Positions 59,273 to 64,000 of a stretch of 64,000 bases of DNA are shown here, in pieces. The notes beneath the pieces were generated by a model, which was given only the letters and a program-made list of their open reading frames with translations, was not told where the DNA came from and did not search any database. The DNA is from an uncultured Pseudomonadota bacterium (GTDB lineage Bacteria > Pseudomonadota > Alphaproteobacteria > Sphingomonadales > Sphingomonadaceae): assembly GCA_963748685.1 (NCBI GenBank), contig CAVVKB010000006.1:876-64875 (forward strand), in the 5' to 3' direction. Numbering within the stretch: the first letter of the stretch is position 1; every line of letters starts with the position of its first letter. Position numbers and translations under genes: made by a program.

Positions 59273-60507
59273 GTGAGAGTGCGCCTCGCCTATCTCTGCA
59301 ATCTTTATCCTGCCGTCAGCCACTCGTTCGTCCGCCGCGAGATCGCGGGCATGGAGCGCGCCGGCCATTCCGTGGCGCGCTTTTCTATCCGGCCAGCTCG
59401 AGGAGGCCTTCGCGATCCAGCCGACATCGCCGAAGCTGCTATCACCGACGCAATTTTGTCCCGCGGCGCTCTGCCGCCGCTGGCAACCGCCTTGCTGTTC
59501 CTGGTCACTCGTCCTGCGAAGGCGATAGCGTCCGCTACGCTCGCGTTTCGCCTGAGCAGCCCTGGATTTCGCGCCACGTTGCGGCACCTGGCCTACTGGC
59601 TCGAGGCAGCTTGGCTAACCCGTCGGCTAAACCACCTTCGTATCGACCACCTCCATGCCCATTTCGGCACCAATCCGGCAGCGGTCGCGGCAATCGCTCA
59701 CGCCTGGGGTGGCCCGCCCTTCAGCTTCACGGTCCATGGGCCCGACGAATTCGATGCGCCGGCCGGCCTCGCCCTTCCTTTGAAAATAGAGGAGGCGCAG
59801 TTCGTCATTGCGATCAGCAGCTATGGCCGAAGCCAGCTCATGCGATGGAGCGACCCCGATCTTTGGGGGAAGATCTCAATTGTTCGGTGCGGCATCGACG
59901 AGCTCCTTCCTTGATGCCGTTTCCGAACCCGTGCCACCCAGCTCCAATGAGTTTGTATGCGTGGCGCGACTGTCCGCCCAGAAGGGCCTGCCCCTGCTGA
60001 TTGCCGCATGCGGGCGAGCTCCGTCAGGCCGGTGAGCAATTTTCACTTACGATCATTGGTGATGGTGAGCTGCGCGAGTGCCTCGATCTAGAAATTCGGC
60101 GCCTGGGGCTTGCGGATGTGGTCCACCTGGTTGGAGTCCGTTCGTCGGCCGAGATCCGCGACAAGCTCCTGGAAGCACGTGCCTTCGTGCTGCCCAGCTT
60201 TGCCGAGGGCCTTCCGGTGGTTCTGATGGAAGCACTCGCGCTTGGGCGCCCAGTCATCACCACCGCCATCGCCGGCATCCCGGAGCTCGTCGATCAGGAT
60301 TGCGGCTGGCTGATTCCGGCGGGCTCGCAAGAAGCATTGGTGAAGGCGATGACCGATGTGCTTCGGGAATCGCCCGAGCACTTGATGCGCAAGGGTTCCG
60401 TTGGGCGAGAGCGGGCGCGAACCATGCACAACGCCGATGCGAATGCCGCAGCGCTCGCTGACAGGATTGTCGCAAACCGCGACGCTCGTGATGTTGGTCG
60501 GCCCTAG
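59273..60507 (+). CDS. Glycosyltransferase family 4 (WcaL-like); frameshifted
   Basis: YPAVSHSFVRREI, HLHAHFGTN, FSFTVHGPDEFD, VARLSAQKG, FVLPSFAEGLPVVLMEA. Confidence 0.88.
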
Positions 60508-60510
60508 CCG

Positions 60511-61511
60511 TCACCTATATTCGATGATGCGATATTCTCCGCGCATCCTGTTGAGCGCGAATTTGAAGATCCCGAGGACGTGCGCGAACTTGCTGTACAA
60601 GATGAAGCGGCTGACGAGCCAGGAATCGGATTTACCGAGTCCCCTGCCTTCGATAATTCCTTTTCACGCGAAACAGAAAATAGCCGTAGGCGGCCGCCAG
60701 CAGCAGTAGCGAGACGCCCCTTGTGGGCCACGCCGCGGCGAACGACACCAACGGCAGTAACAATCCCCAGAACAAGTCGCTGAGGATTTCACGGCGACCG
60801 TCGCGAAGTTCACTCTGGCCATGGCGTGCGTAGCGATATGCGAGGGCGTGCCCGCCGCGGACCGCCCTCATCCACCACTGGCCGAAGCGGTGCATTTGCG
60901 CGTCGTGGGTCGCCATGGGCGCGTCAATCTTGATGATCTTGTAGCCCAATAGCATCAGCCGCGCGCCAAGGTCGGGCTCTTCCCCCGCGATCGCGTCCAG
61001 ATGGAAACCGCCGGCCTCCTTGAAGGCCGAAACGCGGATGGCCATGATCCCGCCCAGCGCATTCATGCTGGTGAGCGTGCCCGCGGGCGACCGCCACTCG
61101 ATGGCGCACAGGCGGTTATAGATGGAATGATCAGGATGAAGCTCGGTCAAGTGGCCGATGACGATCGCGCATTGCGCCTCTTGTTCGAACAGCCGCACGG
61201 CCTTGGCTGGAAAGTGCGGAGTCGAGAATGCAGTCTCCGTCGAGGAACATGACGAACTGGGTTTCGGGCCATCGCCGCAAAACCTCGTCGAGACCCTCGT
61301 TGCGCCCTCGGCCGGCGGAAAGCGGGAATTCAGCGTCCAGCTCGACAACGGGCACACCCATTGCACGAGCCAGCCCTGGGCTTCCATCAGAGGAAGCGGA
61401 ATCCGAATAGACAAGCGGGAGCTCGCACGAGCGCACAGATGCCAGGCTCTCCTTCAGGTGATCGCCTTCGTTGCGGCCGATCACAACCGCGGCCATCGCG
61501 ATCGTGGTCAT
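60511..61511 (-). CDS. Glycosyltransferase family 2; frameshifted
   Basis: VVIGRNEG, DSASSDGS, SAGRGRNEG, FLDGDC, IAGEEPDL, HDA.M.RFGQWW.RAVRGG, C-terminal RIIEYR. Confidence 0.85.
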
Positions 61512-61723
61512 TGGTTGATCCCTGCGAATTTGCGAGGGACCTCAAAAAAGCTGGATTCGACCCGGTTTGAATGACGCGAGCTCACGACGGGCATTTACCC
61601 AGCTCAGGACCCTCGTGGGAAGCGACGAGGTGGGGCCAATTCTGCCTGTCCCGTAATCGAACTACTGATCACCCCCATCATTCATCGTCTTGGCTTGGCG
61701 CCAGCGCCTTGTAGAATGGCAAT

Positions 61724-62551
61724 ATGCTGCACATGAAGCCCGTTGACGATTACGTCGCCCTGGATGCGGAGGATTGTCGCACGTACGGGCGCTCTCTTGC
61801 AGCGAAATACCAGAGCGCGGAGCCCTTCCCCCACATCATCATCGACGATTTTCTGGACAAGGACCTGTTGCGCAAAGTCATCGCGGACTTTCCGTCCAGC
61901 GATAACAAGCGATATTTCGATCGCGACCAGGAACGGCTCAAATTTCAGTTCCAGCCTCACGAAATCTCGTCCGGACTGGTGCGCAACATCTTCGCCGAGC
62001 TCAATAGCCAGGCCTTCCTCGGCTTCCTCGAGGAACTAACCGGCCTGCAAGGACTGTTACCCGATCCTTATTTCGAGGGAGGCGGACTTCACGAAACCAA
62101 GCGCGGCGGCCATCTCGGCGTCCACGCCGATTTCAATGGCCACGATCGCCTGAAGCTTGAGCGCAAGCTGAACCTTCTCGTCTACTTGAACGAAGATTGG
62201 GAACATTCGTACGGCGGCCAGCTCGAGCTTTGGGATACCGGGATGAAGGAGTGCGCGGTGCGGGTCGAGCCGGTGCTCGGGCGCGCCGTCATTTTCACGA
62301 CCTCCCTGGACAGCTTCCATGGGCATCCGGACCCGCTCAACTGCCCGCCGGAACGGTCCCGCCGCTCGATCGCTACTTATTATTACCAGGCACCCCTTGA
62401 GGGTTTTGCAGCGCTACCAAAGCGCACAACGAATTTCCGGGTCCGCCCGGAAAGTAACGATAAGTCGGACTGGCAAGTGAGCCGGCACCACTTCGTGAAC
62501 GATTGGATACCTCCCAAGCTGCAGCGCTTGGCTCACCGGCTCATCGGATAA
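61724..62551 (+). CDS. 2OG-Fe(II) oxygenase
   Basis: AEPFPHIIIDDFL, GGGLH, HADFN (HxD), LNLLVYLN..W...YGGQLELW, SFHGHP, RRSIATYYY. Confidence 0.88.
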   Translation: MLHMKPVDDYVALDAEDCRTYGRSLAAKYQSAEPFPHIIIDDFLDKDLLRKVIADFPSSDNKRYFDRDQERLKFQFQPHEISSGLVRNIFAELNSQAFLGFLEELTGLQGLLPDPYFEGGGLHETKRGGHLGVHADFNGHDRLKLERKLNLLVYLNEDWEHSYGGQLELWDTGMKECAVRVEPVLGRAVIFTTSLDSFHGHPDPLNCPPERSRRSIATYYYQAPLEGFAALPKRTTNFRVRPESNDKSDWQVSRHHFVNDWIPPKLQRLAHRLIG

Positions 62552-62556
62552 AACCG

Positions 62557-63435
62557 GTGATTGGGTGGGCATGGCGATCGAGCGCGCAGATGGGGCCGAG
62601 CTGGCGCCTGCGCTCGAAGTTCGTGCTTGCTGCTCTGCAGAATCCCAGGATCGCCGAGAAACTCCAACATCCCGATCCAGCGCTCGCAGCGCTTCTTGGT
62701 GATTGGCCGGACACCGTCGGGTTCCTCCTTTGGCCATACCAATGCTCGAGTTGGGCGGCAGTGGAGCGATTCAATCGCCTCGACGATCATTTGAAAGCCA
62801 TCGGCAATATTGACGGTTTGGACCTCGCTTTGGACGAAAAGGTCATTCTGGCGGATCTAAGCGAGATGAGCCCCGGAGTTTCACTGGTCCTCGATCGCGC
62901 GAAATGGCTCTCGCGCGAAGGCCATCTCACGTTGAGTCTATTCAAGGACCACTTCAGGGCTTTCACGGTCGCCTTTTCCTTCTCCAAGTATCCGGAGACC
63001 GAGATGTTCATTGGCGGTCTGCAAGGACGCAACGACCCCGAGGCACTCAACCTGTACCGCGATCTTACCAAGCATCTGCACGGCACGCGGCCTAGAGATT
63101 TCCTCCTGGAAGCCGTTCGACTGTTCGCGAACAAGGTCGGCGTGCAGCGAATTTATGCAGTCTCGGACGACCACAAGATTTCGCGGCACCGATATTTCGG
63201 GAAGCGGGGCGCACCCGGCCTAATCTACGACGATGTCTGGATCGAGCGCGGCGGCACAAGAGTGGCAGATACTCACTTTCAACTGCCGCTGACGGGATCA
63301 CGTCGCGAAATCGATGAGATTCCAGCTAAGAAACGTTCGATGTATCGTCGTCGCTACGAGATGTTTGATCGGATCGCCTCGACGATGGAGCGGGATCTTG
63401 TCGGCGCGGAACGAAGAGTCTTCGAGGCGACATGA
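62557..63435 (+). CDS. DUF535 (VirK/YbjX-like) protein
   Basis: WPYQCSSW...ER...H, REGHLTLSL, FIGGLQG, LTKHLHGTRPRD, YDDVWIERGG, IPAKKRSMYRRRY. Confidence 0.8.
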   Translation: MIGWAWRSSAQMGPSWRLRSKFVLAALQNPRIAEKLQHPDPALAALLGDWPDTVGFLLWPYQCSSWAAVERFNRLDDHLKAIGNIDGLDLALDEKVILADLSEMSPGVSLVLDRAKWLSREGHLTLSLFKDHFRAFTVAFSFSKYPETEMFIGGLQGRNDPEALNLYRDLTKHLHGTRPRDFLLEAVRLFANKVGVQRIYAVSDDHKISRHRYFGKRGAPGLIYDDVWIERGGTRVADTHFQLPLTGSRREIDEIPAKKRSMYRRRYEMFDRIASTMERDLVGAERRVFEAT

Positions 63436-63884
63436 TCAGCGCCAGCCGCCACCTTCTCGCGAGCATTGAGACGTTTCAATATCATCGCGCGCGGCGCGGT
63501 CCGTGGCACAGGCTGATGCGGAAGGTCGCGCGACTGCGCTATCTGTGGTGGAGCTTCATTACCCACTCCGATATTGAGCCGCGGGCCAGGTTGGGCAAGC
63601 GCCTGATGCTTCCCCATCCCAATGGCGTCGTCATCCATGAAGACGCGGTGGTCGGCGACGATTGCATGATCATGCAGCAGGTCACGATCGGCATGATCGG
63701 CGACGGTGAAGTCCCGACGATCGGCAACGGAGTTTATATTGGAGCCGGCGCGAAAATCATCGGCAAGGTCAGGGTCGGCGACGGCGCAAGGATCGGCGCA
63801 AACGCGGTGGTTACCAAAGATGTTCCGTCGTCCGGAACTGCGGTGGGCGTGCCCGCACGTCTCGTAGATCGCGAGAGAGCTTAA
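63432..63884 (+). CDS. Short hexapeptide-repeat O-acetyltransferase (serine acetyltransferase/WcaB-like)
   Basis: LPHPNGVVIH, QQVTIG, PTIGNGVYIGAGAKIIG, IGANAVVTKDVP, VGVPAR. Confidence 0.85.
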   Translation: MISASRHLLASIETFQYHRARRGPWHRLMRKVARLRYLWWSFITHSDIEPRARLGKRLMLPHPNGVVIHEDAVVGDDCMIMQQVTIGMIGDGEVPTIGNGVYIGAGAKIIGKVRVGDGARIGANAVVTKDVPSSGTAVGVPARLVDRERA

Positions 63885-63888
63885 CCGG

Positions 63889-64000
63889 TCAAGCGGCGTG
63901 GCTCATGATCGTTCTGACGGCACCGCTCACCTTAAGTGGAACAGCCAACTCCTCGATCGCCACGATCTTCCGCTCAGCGCCTTCGCGGCCGAGCTGGACG
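63889..64000 (-). CDS. C-terminal fragment of a gene entering from beyond the window (possibly a VirB11/CpaF-like ATPase tail)
   Basis: Open frame VQLGREGAERKIVAIEEL...SHAA-stop; only 36 residues visible. Confidence 0.25.
   Translation of the reverse strand, partial: VQLGREGAERKIVAIEELAVPLKVSGAVRTIMSHAA

Overview
This 64 kb window is error-prone, with frequent single-base indels (densest in the first ~23 kb), and appears to join DNA from two organisms. Bases 1-~6,655 look acidobacterial: a beta-propeller lipoprotein, an SH3 lipoprotein, a type III PKS-methyltransferase-FAD oxidoreductase operon and an aryl-sulfate sulfotransferase. At ~6,653-6,661 this segment is spliced mid-gene, through a short microhomology, to Sphingomonas-like alphaproteobacterial DNA. 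The first part of the Sphingomonas-like DNA holds housekeeping and peptide-scavenging genes: YpfJ-like peptidase, bdhA, DUF4893, aldo/keto reductase, prsK-prsR, DUF885, ABC-F, a PepSY-like protein with an OmpR-family two-component system, two M13 peptidases, ispB, hrpB, wecB and a cytochrome b/molybdoenzyme pair. From ~31.5 kb to the end lies a large Wzx/Wzy exopolysaccharide locus combined with an exosortase V (XrtV)/EpsI/PEP-CTERM protein-sorting system. The most unusual elements are: (1) one ORF fusing a WecG/TagA (GT26) glycosyltransferase, a transmembrane helix and a SleB-like cell-wall hydrolase; (2) two near-identical DUF1996 lipoproteins and a GH-A-like lipoprotein inside the EPS locus; (3) recurrent CtrA-like TTAA-N7-TTAA boxes and a DnaA box in the locus promoters; (4) a TGT-N10-ACA palindrome shared by the distant prsK promoter and the PEP-CTERM/LuxR promoter; (5) a candidate structured leader before a stand-alone LuxR gene. 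No rRNA, tRNA, CRISPR array, integrase or transposase was recognised. Family assignments come from motifs recognised by eye, not from database searches, and coordinates of frameshifted genes are approximate.
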